From positions 48,360,001 through 48,424,000 of the forward strand of contig OX597816.1 in the NCBI GenBank assembly GCA_951406725.2: DNA of 64,000 nt. The letters are read 5' to 3'. This document shows, one piece after another, positions 14,045-25,404 of this stretch. How positions within the stretch are numbered: the first letter of the stretch is position 1; every line of letters begins with the position of its first letter. The notes beneath the pieces are model-generated. The model made no database searches, was not told where the DNA came from, and saw only the letters and a program-made list of their open reading frames with translations. This DNA comes from Octopus vulgaris. Lineage: Eukaryota. Both the position numbers and the translations under genes were made by a program.

Positions 14045-14432
14045 CGACGGGCTTCTTTCAGTTTCCGTCTACCAAATCCACTCACAAGGCTTTGGCCAGC
14101 CTGAAGCTATAGTAGAAGACACTTTCCCAAGGTGCTACGCAGTGGGACTGAACCCGGAACCGTGTGCTTGGTAAGGAATTTACTTACCACACAGCCACTC
14201 CTGCGCCTATACTATTTATTTATTATTTTGTACTTCATTTAGTTTTAGGTAAATGTTTTATCGTATATTTAAATTTCTTTTCTATATGGTATAATTTTAT
14301 TATATCATTGTTGAATTGCTACATGGTGGTTCTTCTCTAATTTATATACATATATTATATATTGTGAAATTTGATTTATTATTACTAAATTGAATTCTTC
14401 CATGTAAGTTTGGAATCATATTCCCTAATATT
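13657..14432. mobile_element. Foldback element (~135-bp arms, ATTAGAGAAGAACCAC termini) plus 3' module, with a SINE inserted at its centre
   Basis: 13657-13790 is the reverse complement of 14209-14341; followed by tgtaagtttgga..ccctaatattatt module. Confidence 0.75.
13801..14208 (-). mobile_element. SINE family A inside the foldback element
   Basis: Full-length reverse copy. Confidence 0.9.
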
Positions 14433-14454
14433 ATTATTATCATTTTTTTTTTCT

Positions 14455-14968
14455 TCTTTCAAATTTGCTTCCATTTCTTGCCGAGTGTCTTCCCGACTCC
14501 TAGGGCAAAGAAACTCATAGTATACATTGGTAAGCCATTAAGCTAAACTCAATAGTTCGTTCATTTGAAAAAATTTTTTTTTTTTAAGTTAAATTAAAAT
14601 ACATGGGTAGTGATAGTTCTCACATCAACAATGCTCTTCTCAATACGTGTGATGTACCAGTTAAGACAATCTTTTGCACTTCTTGCAGGGATGGTAAGCC
14701 AGGGATCATTCTCATATAATTTTCGGTTCCCTTCTTGATCATTCCTAGTGCTCCTACGATCACTGGTATTGTAACCGCCTTGAGATGCCACATTTTCTCA
14801 ATTTCAATGAGCAGGTCTTTATATTTTCTGAGCTTGTCAAACTCTTTCGCCGAGATATTATGATCACAGGGGATGCTCATGTCGATCAATAAGCAAACTT
14901 TATTGTTTTGGTCTTTCACAAAAATATCTGGTTTATTGGCTTTGATGGTTCGGTCTGTATGTACTGGA
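14455..14968 (-). mobile_element. 5'-truncated R4/Dong-clade retrotransposon (REL endonuclease plus 3' UTR)
   Basis: TDRTIKANKPDIFV..LLIDMSIP..KEFDKLRKYKDL..IPVIVGALG..QKIVLTGTSHVLRRAL (PD..D..K REL motif), flanked by (TAA)n. Confidence 0.9.
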
Positions 14969-15006
14969 ATTATTATTATTATTATTATTATACATGTATA
15001 ATATTG

Positions 15007-15111
15007 GAGGTAAAATGAAAACCAAAGCAGAACGAGCATCTTCAGTCATTTATTTTAAATCATTCTAAATGACTTGAGATACTTATTCTGCCTTGGTTTC
15101 GATTTTCCCTC
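15007..15111. repeat. Imperfect palindrome (~46-bp arms)
   Basis: gaggtaaaatgaaaaccaaagcagaacgagcatcttcagtcattta versus taaatgacttgagatacttattctgccttggtttcgattttccctc. Confidence 0.75.
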
Positions 15112-15423
15112 ACCAGCGGTGGTGCCCCAGCATGGCCGTGGCCTTCGGGCTAAAACATTTTAAAGGATTTTAAGGATTTATATAACATAGAATCCTAACA
15201 TGGATCCCAAGATCCAACCCTTAGCTGTGATCTTGGAACTTAACGGTTGACCTACTATAGCACTTACCCACTGTACCTATTCATTTAGATCACAAATGAA
15301 CTAACCCCCCCCCCATATTATATATATATATATGTGTATATGTGTGTATATATATACATACACATGCATGCATACATACATACATACATACATACATACA
15401 TACATACATACATACACACACGT

Positions 15424-15470
15424 ACACTGTCTGATGAAGGCTTGCAGGGCAAAACTTCAAAGTTACTGTC
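15424..15470 (+). ncRNA. Degenerate minimal hammerhead remnant
   Basis: acactgt CTGATGA AGGC ttgca GGGC AAAAC ttcaaa GTT actgtc resembles CTGATGAAGG...CCGAAAC; G12 mutated and helices imperfect. Confidence 0.4.
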
Positions 15471-15908
15471 ACCCTCTACCTATAAAAGTTTAATAAACAT
15501 GTACTCTACTTTTGTGTGGTCTCTTGGTTCACTAGAAATAGCTGTCAAATTTCCTTCAAATCACTCTTAAAGTGGATAATGTTATCCAAGCTGCACTACC
15601 TAAAAAGAAAAAGACTGGTTGGTCAAGGTCAGTATTGTCTGTTCAAACAGGTCTGACTTGGCAGTTAAACAGTGACAGTATATTAAAGAACAATTGATCT
15701 GTTGAAGATTTTAAGTTGGTGGGCAATTTGTAACTGGTATCAGAATATTTTATGAAGACATTAAAGAATCATATATGCATTGTGAAAGAAATAGGAGTGG
15801 ATAATTAAAATTTTTTCCTGGCAAAATCCAAAGACAACTTGAAACATGTTTCTACTTTGTCTGGCTTCCGCAGCAAAGGAAGTGGTTGCAAAGAATCCTG
15901 GAAGTGAA

Positions 15909-16115
15909 TACTCTTACTCTTTTACTTGTTTCAGTCATTTGATTGTGGCCATGCTGGGGCACCGCCTTTTAGTCAAGCACAGGACTTATTCTTTGTAAGC
16001 CTAGTACTTATTCTATCGGATTCTTTTACCGAACCGCTAAGTTACGGGCACGTAAACACACCGGCATCGGTTGTCAAGCGATGTTGGGGGGACAAACACA
16101 GACGCATAAACACAT

Positions 16116-16187
<72 letters not shown>

Positions 16188-16309
16188 CGGGCTTTGGTTG
16201 GCCCGAGGCTATAGTAGAAGGCACTTGCCCAAGGTACCACGTAGTGGGACTGAACCCAGAACCATGTGGTTCATAAGCAAGCTACTTACCACACAGCCAC
16301 GCCTACACC
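15909..16309 (-). mobile_element. SINE family A (small internal deletions)
   Basis: Reverse copy with internal (TA)n. Confidence 0.9.
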
Positions 16310-16418
16310 TATAAAGGAAATATTAAAATGAGGTAGTTTTGGTGAAGCATTGTGTAGTATAACTTTAAAGAAGTTTGTTGTGTAAGGCCAGAACAATGTG
16401 AGAAGGTACAAGGTAAAT

Positions 16419-16610
16419 TACGAAAGAAAGAAAGAAAACAGAACAAAATTGCAGTTTCACCTTGTATTTCTATATTATGGGGTTATGACCCATTCTTCAG
16501 GACATTTGGAAAAAGCATTTCTAAATGTCCTGAAGAAGGGGTCTTCACCCCAAAATATAGAAATACAAAGTGAAACTGCAACTTTGATTTGTTTTCTTTT
16601 TCCTTTTGTA
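16419..16610. repeat. Palindrome (~90-bp arms) carrying a decayed hammerhead core in each arm; probable inverted Penelope pLTR remnant
   Basis: ttgcagtttcaccttgtatttctatattatggggt...ttcttcaggacatttgg versus ctaaatgtcctgaagaaggggtcttcaccccaaaatatagaaatacaaagtgaaactgcaa; contains CTGAAGA A GGGGT cttc ACCCC AAAA. Confidence 0.7.
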
Positions 16611-16943
16611 GCTTTTTCCTTTTAGCATTGTTCCAGCCTTACACAACACACTTCTATGAAGGAAATATATTTTTTGGTGTTCAAAAGAAGAAATGTTTAG
16701 CAATTGAATAATTCAGAGATGCCATTGGTATGATAGACAAAAGGTTATTTGGTAATTAACAATAGGTAATTGTGGTGGTGGTGGTGGTGGGGTAAACAAC
16801 AAATGTTTTACTTTTAAAAGTAGTTTTCTTTGAAATGTGTGATCATATAAATTTCCAAGAGAAACTGCTCTGGTTAAAGTGTTGATGCTGTTCAGGATGA
16901 GGCCAATTCTGTAAATTCTGTCAGTGCATTCTGGCCACAGCCA

Positions 16944-17165
16944 CAAAGAGGTGCTGGAAAGTTCCTGGCTTTAAAGGTGCTGTGTGATTGGCCTGGTTAG
17001 AGGCCTGACCTTCCAAGTTCTTTTACAAGGTTTAGAAAAAAACTGAAGGACCGCTGCAATAAGTGTGTGAATCTCAGAGGGGAACATATTAAGCAAAATC
17101 ATAATTAACTGATTCTCCTGTATTTTCTTTTACCAAAAGCCAGGAACTTTTCAACATCCCCTTAT
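16944..17165 (+). mobile_element. Non-autonomous mariner derivative
   Basis: TIRs gaggtgctggaaagttcctggcttt / aaagccaggaacttttcaacatcccc. Internal remnant of a mariner transposase C-terminus (KLKDRCNKCVNLRGE). Confidence 0.8.
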
Positions 17166-17699
17166 CCCCTTGTATGTTCCTTTTCTAAGACATGATTTAT
17201 TTTTAAGGGCATGATTCATAGAAACATTTGGCTATTAATTCTAGCAGTTTTAACCACCACAAAAATACTCATTCTCACTATTGCAAAACTACTTGGATAT
17301 TTTAAATTTTGTATACAAATTATATATAAAGTTTATATATAAATTAGGAATTTAGATGATAAACTTTTGATCATCTACTAAAATTTGAATTAGCTTTCTG
17401 TAATCTAATTGGTAAAATGGTATTTGTTATTCCGTTTGATTAGTTTTGTTCTCTTTTTGTCTGAAACTTTTATTGGAAGCAACTAATTTTTACATAACAA
17501 GACAAATACTTCTCTGTTTCATAGGTAATTTCAGTAATAGATTTCTTAATTTGTTGTTCAAACTTTAGTATGCAGGTACAAGAATGGCTGTGTGGTTTAG
17601 AAATTCATTTGCAACCATGTGGCTTTGATTTCAATTCCACTGTGTTCGAATTAGGATCCATATGGTTCTTGCAGGTCCATATAAAATTTTGCATTTTTA

Positions 17700-17942
17700 C
17701 TATTTTACTCTTTTGCTTGTTTCAGTCATTTGACTGTGACCATGCTGGAGCTCCTCCTTTAGTCGAGCAAATCGACCCCAGGACTTATTCCTTGTAAGCC
17801 TAGTACTTATTCTGTCAGTCTCTTTTGCCGAACCGCTAAGTTATGGGGACGTAAACACACCAGCATTGGTTGTCAAGCGATGTTGGGGGGACAAACACAG
17901 ACACACAAACATATACACACACATACACATATATATATGTAT

Positions 17943-17991
<49 letters not shown>

Positions 17992-18152
17992 CATACGATG
18001 GGCTTCTTTCAGTTTCCGTCTACCAAATCCACTCACAAGACTTTGATTGGCCCGAGGCTACAGTAGAAGACACTTGCCCAAGGTGTCATGCATTGGGACT
18101 GAACCCGAAACCATGTAGTTCGTAAGCAAGCTACTTACCAAACAGCCATGCC
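17700..18152 (-). mobile_element. SINE family A
   Basis: Full-length reverse copy. Confidence 0.9.
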
Positions 18153-18214
18153 AAAACTGTTTGTGCTTCTACATTACACAAAATATTTTGACATTTTTTT
18201 TTTTTTTGGCGTTA

Positions 18215-18368
18215 GTACACTCTGTAGGGGCTTGTGTTAGGATGGGCATCCAGCCGTAGGAACCATGCCAAATCAAACTGGAGTCTTGTGCAACTCCCCA
18301 GTTTGTCAGCTCCGGTCAAACCATTGAACCCATGCCAGCATGGACAATGGACGTTGAATGATGATGAT
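18215..18368 (+). mobile_element. RTE 3' tail fragment
   Basis: ttaggatgggcatccagccgtag..aacccatgccagcatgga..(GAT)n. Confidence 0.75.
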
Positions 18369-19337
18369 ATTAGGATTTGTTAAAACATCAAATGTTCATT
18401 AGGGTCCAGTAGAGTAGAATAGGAATCAAAAGGTGTCTATACTTTAAAAAATGGTTAGGAACATTAGTGTGGAACCTTAGGTGAGTGTCATCTACTCTAA
18501 CCTCAAACTAACCAATACCTTTTGAGTGAGATTGGTAGACAGAAATTGTGTGGAGGCATACTGTGTATGTGTGCATGCATATGTGTGTGTGTGTTTGTGT
18601 GTGTGTGTGTCTGTGTGTGTGTGTGTTTGTGATTCTGTTATATCGCACGTTCAAATGACCTACTCAACTCCCGACGTCTAGACTTCTCCCTCTATATCTA
18701 CGTATTGGGCTAGCCTACCTCATCATCTGGGGGCATCCACACAACAGTTTCTCTGTATATTTGTTTTTGTATTAACATTCATTTGAAAAATGAAATGAGT
18801 GTCTGTGTTTATATTCTTATTATAGTGGTGGATGTAAAAGAGATCCCTAAAATAAGTAATAGACTTAAAAATATAAGACCTGAAGTTGCCATGAATGACT
18901 ACAACCCTTGAAGGTGGTGTACCAGTATGGCTGCTTACAATCCAGTGAATGAAATAAATTAAAGAGCAAGAAAGTGTTGTATATTAAAATGATTTTTACC
19001 TCATTAATTAGAACGTAATTAATGCTCCTAATTAATATAGCAACCTTAAAAATGAATTTGATAGTAATCAAGCATGATTGTTTATCTGATAGCTCTTTTG
19101 CTCTATGTTCAGTTGAGTAAGCTGTTTCAGTTAATGTGGATATGTCACCATTGTGTTGTTGTTACTGAAACTCTCTTAATATTTGCATATGCTTTCTTAG
19201 AATCACTACTGCTCACCTGTGAAGTTTTAATCAGGCATTCCTAAATACATGATATCCCTTTGCTAGAAATATAATACAGTGGCCAGGACACATTATATAT
19301 TCAATTAAATCTTTAAAATACATCATGTTAACATATA

Positions 19338-19749
19338 GGCGTAGGAGTGGCTGTGTGGTAAGTAGCTTGCTTACCAACCACATGGTTCCCGGTTCAGTCC
19401 CATTGTGTGACACCTTGGGCAGGTGTCTTCTACTATAGCCTCGGGCCGGCCAAAGCCTTGTGAGTGGATTTGGTAGATGGAAACTGAAAGAAGCCCGTCG
19501 CGTATATATACATATATATATGCATGTGTGTGTATATGTTTGTGTGTGTGTGTGTCCCCAACATCACTTGACAACTGAATCTGGTGTGTTTACATCCCCG
19601 TAACTTAGTGGTTCAGCAAAAGAAATCAATAGAATAAGTACTAGGCTTACAAAGAATAAGTCCTGGGGTCGATTTGCTTGACTACAGGTGGTGCTCCAGC
19701 ATGGCCGCAGTCAAAATCACTGAAACAAGTAAAAGAGTAAAAGAGAGTT
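19338..19749 (+). mobile_element. SINE family A
   Basis: ggcgtaggagtggctgtgtggtaag..gaaacaagtaaaagagtaaaagag. Confidence 0.9.
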
Positions 19750-20076
19750 AACTATATGTGCTAAACCCAGTGGTTCTTAAACTGAGAAATATCAAATCTT
19801 ACTTTACCAAAATGTTTGTGGAATTTCTGTCCCTCTGCTCCTCCTTAGTATTAATAAGAAGACAAAATATAATATAATTCCTTCTTCACCATGGTTTTGG
19901 CCAAATTTAAAAATTCAGTTCTTTAGCATTTAAACTGTCCATGTCTGGCCCAAATATTTGACCTGATTATGTACAAACTGACCAGATTCAGACTCTCACA
20001 CCTCTTTATGCCAAATAAGAAATAAGCAATCAGATCATAGAAATCATGGAGCTACAAGTAAAGCAAAGTGACTTAA

Positions 20077-20532
20077 CCCTTTTGTTACCAACCCGGCCGA
20101 AACTGGCTTATGGCTCTGTAGTACAAATGTCTTGTTTTCAAAAGTTTTGAATTAAAATCTTCCACCAAACCTTAGTCCGGTTTATGTTCCTAACATATTC
20201 TACGTTATCATCATCATCATTTAGCGTCCGCTTTCCATGCTAGCATGGGTTGGACGGTTCAACTGGGGTCTGTGAAGCCAGAAGGCTGCATCAGGCCCAG
20301 TCTGAGCTGGCAGTGTTTCTACGGCTGGATGCCCTTCCTAACGCCAACCACTCCGTGAGTGTAGTGGGTGCTTTTTACGTGCCACCCGCACAGGTGCTAG
20401 ACGGAGCTGGCAAACGGCCACGAACGGATGGTGCTTTTATGTGCCACCGGCACGTAAAATAATTGAGAGAAATAATTTTAAATAATTGAGAGAAACACAG
20501 AGCATCTCAAAATAAATACAGTAATGAAAGGG
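20077..20532. mobile_element. piggyBac-like MITE (interrupted by RTE tail)
   Basis: TTAA|CCCTTTtgTTAC ... GTAAtgAAAGGG|TTAA. Confidence 0.8.
20208..20456 (-). mobile_element. RTE 3' UTR fragment inserted in a piggyBac-like MITE
   Basis: (ATC)n, tttccatgctagcatgggttggacggttcaactgggg, ctggatgcccttcctaacgccaacc. Confidence 0.85.
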
Positions 20533-20585
20533 TTAATAAGCAATTACATTTTGACAGAGTAAACTGAATGCCAACTAGACAATAG

Positions 20586-20795
20586 AGGCAGTGAGCTGGT
20601 AGAATCAGATAAAATCTTTTGTAGCATTTCCTCCAACACACGTATGTTCTGAGTTCAAAATGATTGCTGGAGTTGACTTTGTCTTTCATCCTTTTGGATT
20701 CAATAAAATATGTACTAGTGGAGCACTGGGGGGTCAGTTGTAATTGACTTGTTCCCTCTCCACAAAATTGTTGGATTTGTGCCAAAATCAGAAAT
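20586..20795 (+). mobile_element. SINE family B
   Basis: ggcagtgagctggtagaatc..ctgagttcaaa..tttcatcctttt. Confidence 0.75.
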
Positions 20796-21432
20796 TTGTC
20801 TGTTCCTTTTCCAATCTTCACAAGCCTACCACCTTACAAGGGAGTGCCTATCCCACATAAGAAACACAGTACTAATCCTTAGTTGGATGTTGAAGCTTTT
20901 TGTTTTTCTTTAAGAAACTTACTAGATGGCTTTGGTTGAAAATGAGAATGATTGTTTGTATAATGCAGATGGGACATAGGCCTGAGGTTCTTCTACTTAT
21001 TTTTGGTTCACTTGGAACAAGGTATATCTGTATTTTGTAAAATCCAATACATCCAGTTACCCCAACAATACAATATGATGCATCCAAGTATTGAATCTGT
21101 CAATATATGTTGAACACAGTCTTAATATTTTGACTTTATTCAGTTCCTGATTCTAACCATTTTTATTTTCACTTAGGCCCAAAAGGCAGCAATGTTCACA
21201 ATGTAAATTGTATATAAAAACTGGAATAGTAGACATTATAATAGCTATTAGATTAGAGCCAGTAGATTGTTTTCCTGGCAAAGGCTGCAACAGACAAAAG
21301 CTTCTTTTGTTGTACTATGAGTTACTTTTGTGAACCAACAAAGAAAATTTTGCTTTTAAAAATCATTTTCGATTTTATAATTTTTTTTTTTTCTTTTCTT
21401 ATTGTCATTCTCTCCTTTTATTTTATTGACAG

Positions 21433-21471
21433 GTTGATCCAAAAGCTTGTAACCCTCGCACAGCAAACAAG
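21433..21471 (+). CDS. DAZAP1: Internal coding exon (39 nt, phase 0-0) of a DAZAP1/Hrb27C(hrp48)-like RRM protein: VDPKACNPRTANK
   Basis: Long pyrimidine tract ending ttattgacAG, 13 open codons, then AAG|GTAATA donor. Peptide resembles the RRM1 end of Drosophila Hrb27C (IDPKPCNPRTLQK) and DAZAP1 (IDPKPCTPR). Musashi/DAZAP1-family genes have a short exon starting at this IDPK. No neighbouring exons recognised in the window. Confidence 0.8.
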
Positions 21472-22059
21472 GTAATATTATTTTATTGAATATTGAAAAT
21501 AATGTAGGTTAAGAGAAAAAAAAAAAAAAAAAAAACACGATACAGTATTGACATTCAAATAAAGTCATAGCAGTAAAAGTGCTTTTGTAAGAGTTAAGAA
21601 GATATTGTGATTGAGTGATTACTGTGTTCAACTATTGATCAGAAGATCACAGCCTTGCCACTAGCATATTGTTGTGTCATTCCATTCCGAAGTCAAATGG
21701 TTGGTGTTAGAAATGTTTGGACTTGTAGAATCATCTTAACCTATGCTTCTATTTAAATACGTTTTTCATGTTTTATTATAGATTCAGCAATTTACTGTTA
21801 TTATTTTTGAAATCATCCTTGCATCAGATACATTAAGTATTGATTGAAATTGAAAATAACTTTCTTTTAGTTTTAAGATTTGCACCTTTTTATCATATTT
21901 ATGACAGAATTCTTTATTGTTATAGGAAACTTTTTTTTTGTTCATATAAAAAAAAGCAAACAGCAAAACATAACACAATGCTGTTTAACATCTATTTCGT
22001 TGACTCTCCATGAATCAAAGGCAGCCAACTAGCTACTTGGTTGCAATTTACCATTTTAA

Positions 22060-22280
22060 CCCCTTTAATACCAACCTATCTGAAGGAGCCTCTGATTTTG
22101 TGATACAAACTTCATACTTTAAAGTAATCTAAATTAAAAACTATCAAAATTTCATGTTAATTTATGTTCCAAACATCAGCTTAACCATGACAAACTTATT
22201 ATGCTAAATTTGTCATCGTTTTCAAAACTAATTGAAGAAAAATAGTAATGTATTTCAACAAAAATATGGTAACCATAGGG
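22060..22280. mobile_element. piggyBac-like MITE, related family
   Basis: TTAA|CCC..ataccaacc ... ggtaaccataGGG|TTAA; internal similarity to 20077-20532 (aattaaaa, tttatgttcc, taattga). Confidence 0.7.
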
Positions 22281-23102
22281 TTAACACTCATTTTATTTAA
22301 ATATATTTTTGTTGTTTTCACTAGCCCTAGAGAGATAAAATACTAAATCAGTCTTGCCATTGAAACTGTTCATCAGTTATTCATTTATTTATTCCTGTCT
22401 AGCATTCTTTCACCAGACAATTTGCCTTCTAGTCAGCAAACATTTTTCAGGCTAAAGATTATGTTAAATTTTCGGCTTATTTCTGCATTTTGTTGGAACA
22501 AAATTACTAAAGTGAAAAGAAAAAAAAGCAATAAAAATTTCTTTTTATTCTGCTTTCTTTTATATTTAAAATAATAATAATAAAAAAGAAGATACTCATA
22601 TTATATTAAAAGAAGATTTACTCCTATCTGCAGCATATTTTCCAAATATATTTCAGTTAGCTGATTTTATTGGAGTTATTCCTCTTGTATTTTTTATATT
22701 TTAGATTATTAAGCACTCCTTAGAAGATGTTTTCGACAACTAATTGTATAGATGATCTCAGAAATTTTACAACTTGCTAGAGAAATGAAGTTTAACATAA
22801 AATTGCATTTACTATTCGAGTTGGAGAATATAATCTATCAAAATTTTGAGTCGGAAAGATTTTATCATGTTTGTATGTGTGTGTATATATATATAATATA
22901 TATAATATTTTATAATTATGAGTATAAGTATAATTAGGGTTCATCAAAAATTTACTTCACCGCACACTGAACTTTAGAAATAGCAGCCAAAGAACCTTAG
23001 CTATTTCTTCTACTATAAGAAGAAACTCCTGGACAACAAATACTCAAAGCAACCCACGTAGACAGAGAGGAAAAACAATGAAATTCACTTGGTATTTGAT
23101 TA

Positions 23103-23184
23103 CCTGTGGATGCGTTTTGGAATTAGATTGGTATGAAGAATGTAAAAATCACACTTCATCCAATCATTTTCTCTTCAGCACAAG
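23103..23184 (-). ncRNA. Decayed type I hammerhead ribozyme with long helix II
   Basis: Minus strand: CTTGTG CTGAAGA G..gattgg atgaag tgtga tttt taca tt cttcat a ccaatc..C AAAAC GCATC CACAGG. CAAAACGCATC equals the canonical CGAAACGCGTC with two CpG>CpA changes. Helix I CTTGTG/CACAGG. Confidence 0.65.
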
Positions 23185-23396
23185 ATTCTAAGATTTTAAA
23201 TTTGATAGCACTGAAAAAATTGAACATACCTATCCAATTCAAGTAGAATCAGAAAAACTATATCCAACGATCAATACTAACGAATTCGAAACATACGAAT
23301 CAGGTCTCGCATCTTCCCTCACCTATCCACGTGTGTTGTTGAGTAAAAGATACTACAAAAAAAACTACAGTTTATTATCAGGGAGAGAATTATATT

Positions 23397-23505
23397 ATCA
23401 ATAATAATAAAGAGTAAAAATGGTCCTTTTAACATGCTGAATACTACTTGGTGGAATTATTAATTACTAGTTAATTAATTCATTTTACCCTTTATTATTA
23501 TTGAT
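23397..23505. repeat. Short inverted-repeat element
   Basis: atcaataataataaagagtaaaaat versus attttaccctttattattattgat. Confidence 0.55.
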
Positions 23506-23533
23506 TTTATATATATATATATATATATATATA

Positions 23534-23675
23534 CACTGTAAATCCTCAAGTATAGTCTGCCCTTGATTATAATACACAGGGGATTTTTAGGGGGCTGTAC
23601 CTCTGAAAAACCTAAACCTTGTGACTTTTAAATTTTTGGGGAAAAAATGTGGATTATACTTGAGGATTTACAGTG
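23534..23675. mobile_element. Tc1/mariner-pogo-type MITE, 142 bp
   Basis: Perfect 21-bp TIR CACTGTAAATCCTCAAGTATA, TA on both flanks, inserted in (TA)n. Confidence 0.85.
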
Positions 23676-24539
23676 TATATATATTATATTATATATATAT
23701 ATATATATGTATTGACAGTAAAACTATTTAGAAACTAGATAAAACAAATCTAGTGAATCTCAAAGCATATAAAGTTATAAATCAGTGGTTCCCAACCTTT
23801 TCCCTATCAAGGACCCATTTTATTCAAATGAGTTTTCCCACACCTTTTAATATGCCTATCCTGATATCATCATCATCATCATCATCATCATCATATATAT
23901 ATGTATATATTAACAAATTATGCATACACACCACACACACACACATGCACATACACACACATATTGATAATGAACTAGACAAAAAGTGCTCAATACAAGC
24001 TGTAGAGTATAATGACATTTATTCAGTTGATGCCATTTTCTGTTGCTTCATGAATGTTCAACTAACCAACGGCTAAGTTAGTCATTATAAATGAACATGG
24101 CTCTCTGATTAACCAAGCAAGCAAGCATGAAACTGAAAGTAACAGCAGACAGTACTAGCTGAATATATATGGTGTATGTGTGTGTGTGTGTGCATGCGTG
24201 TGTTTGTGAGTGTGTGTGTGTGTATGTAACATAATCAGAAGTCTTCTGTTATTCAGAATACTTAATCATATTTTTGTTGTTTGTTCTTTCAATATTTTAA
24301 TATTGAAATTAGTGGATATTTTGTTGTTTTTTTTTTGTTTTTGAGTTTTATTTATATGATGATTTCGAAGAATGAATAAAGGTCAAAGATTGAACTTCTT
24401 GTAATTGTTATTTCGCTCCATTTTCCACTGAATTTTTCTTTAAAACTTTCAACAGTAGTATTTAAAATTGTTTATTACAATATTCTTCACAGGTGTGATT
24501 GAAATATTGGATATGTGTATATGTGTATATATTAGTAAT

Positions 24540-24578
<39 letters not shown>

Positions 24579-24710
24579 GCAGATAGATTAATAGAGAAAT
24601 TTTTCTGTGCGTATATGTGTGTGAGTGTATGAGAGAGAAAGAGGGGGTGGGTGGAGAGAGAGAAAGATTTAAACTGGTAGAAAATGAGAGCATTTGTTTA
24701 TGCGTGTGTG

Positions 24711-24747
<37 letters not shown>

Positions 24748-25404
24748 ACATATACACACACACATATACACACACACATATATATAGACCCATATACACA
24801 CATATATTACACACACGCACTAATGTCGGTGTACATATATACACACACACACTATTGAGCATTCTCATTTGTGTGTATGTGTGTTTGTATATAACCATGG
24901 AAACTGTCAAAAATTAGTAAAGTTTTATTTTTGGCTATCCACTGTCTGATTGTTACAAAATATCGAAATACATTCTACTTGTCATTTCAATGCAATTTAG
25001 TAATGCACAAATGTATAAACATAACGAAACATTTCAATAATGGAACGGTCTTGCTTTGAGTGACATACCTTTAAGTGAAACCATTATACTAATGTTGTTG
25101 TTGTGGTTGTCGTTGTTGGTTAATCTTCTCCCCATCCACCACCTTTGAAATATAAAAAAAAAAAAAAAAAAAATGAGAAATACCAAACTCACTGGAGATT
25201 TAATTGAAGACAAACTCTGATTAGAGAAGGGAAAGATATACAATTGCTTTTATGATTGGTTTGTAATTTCAATTACATCATATTTAAATAATGCATATTT
25301 ATTCTTTAAATAGCTGCAGTCATTCTCATCTGTGACCATGCCGGAGCATCCCTTTTAGTGATGTTTAGCTGATGGTATTGACCAGTATGATGTTTTGTGA
25401 TATT

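Noticed and set aside
24356-24431. C/D box snoRNA candidate (ATGATGA..CTGA)
   Set aside because: No terminal stem, no convincing internal boxes and no rRNA guide I could recognise.
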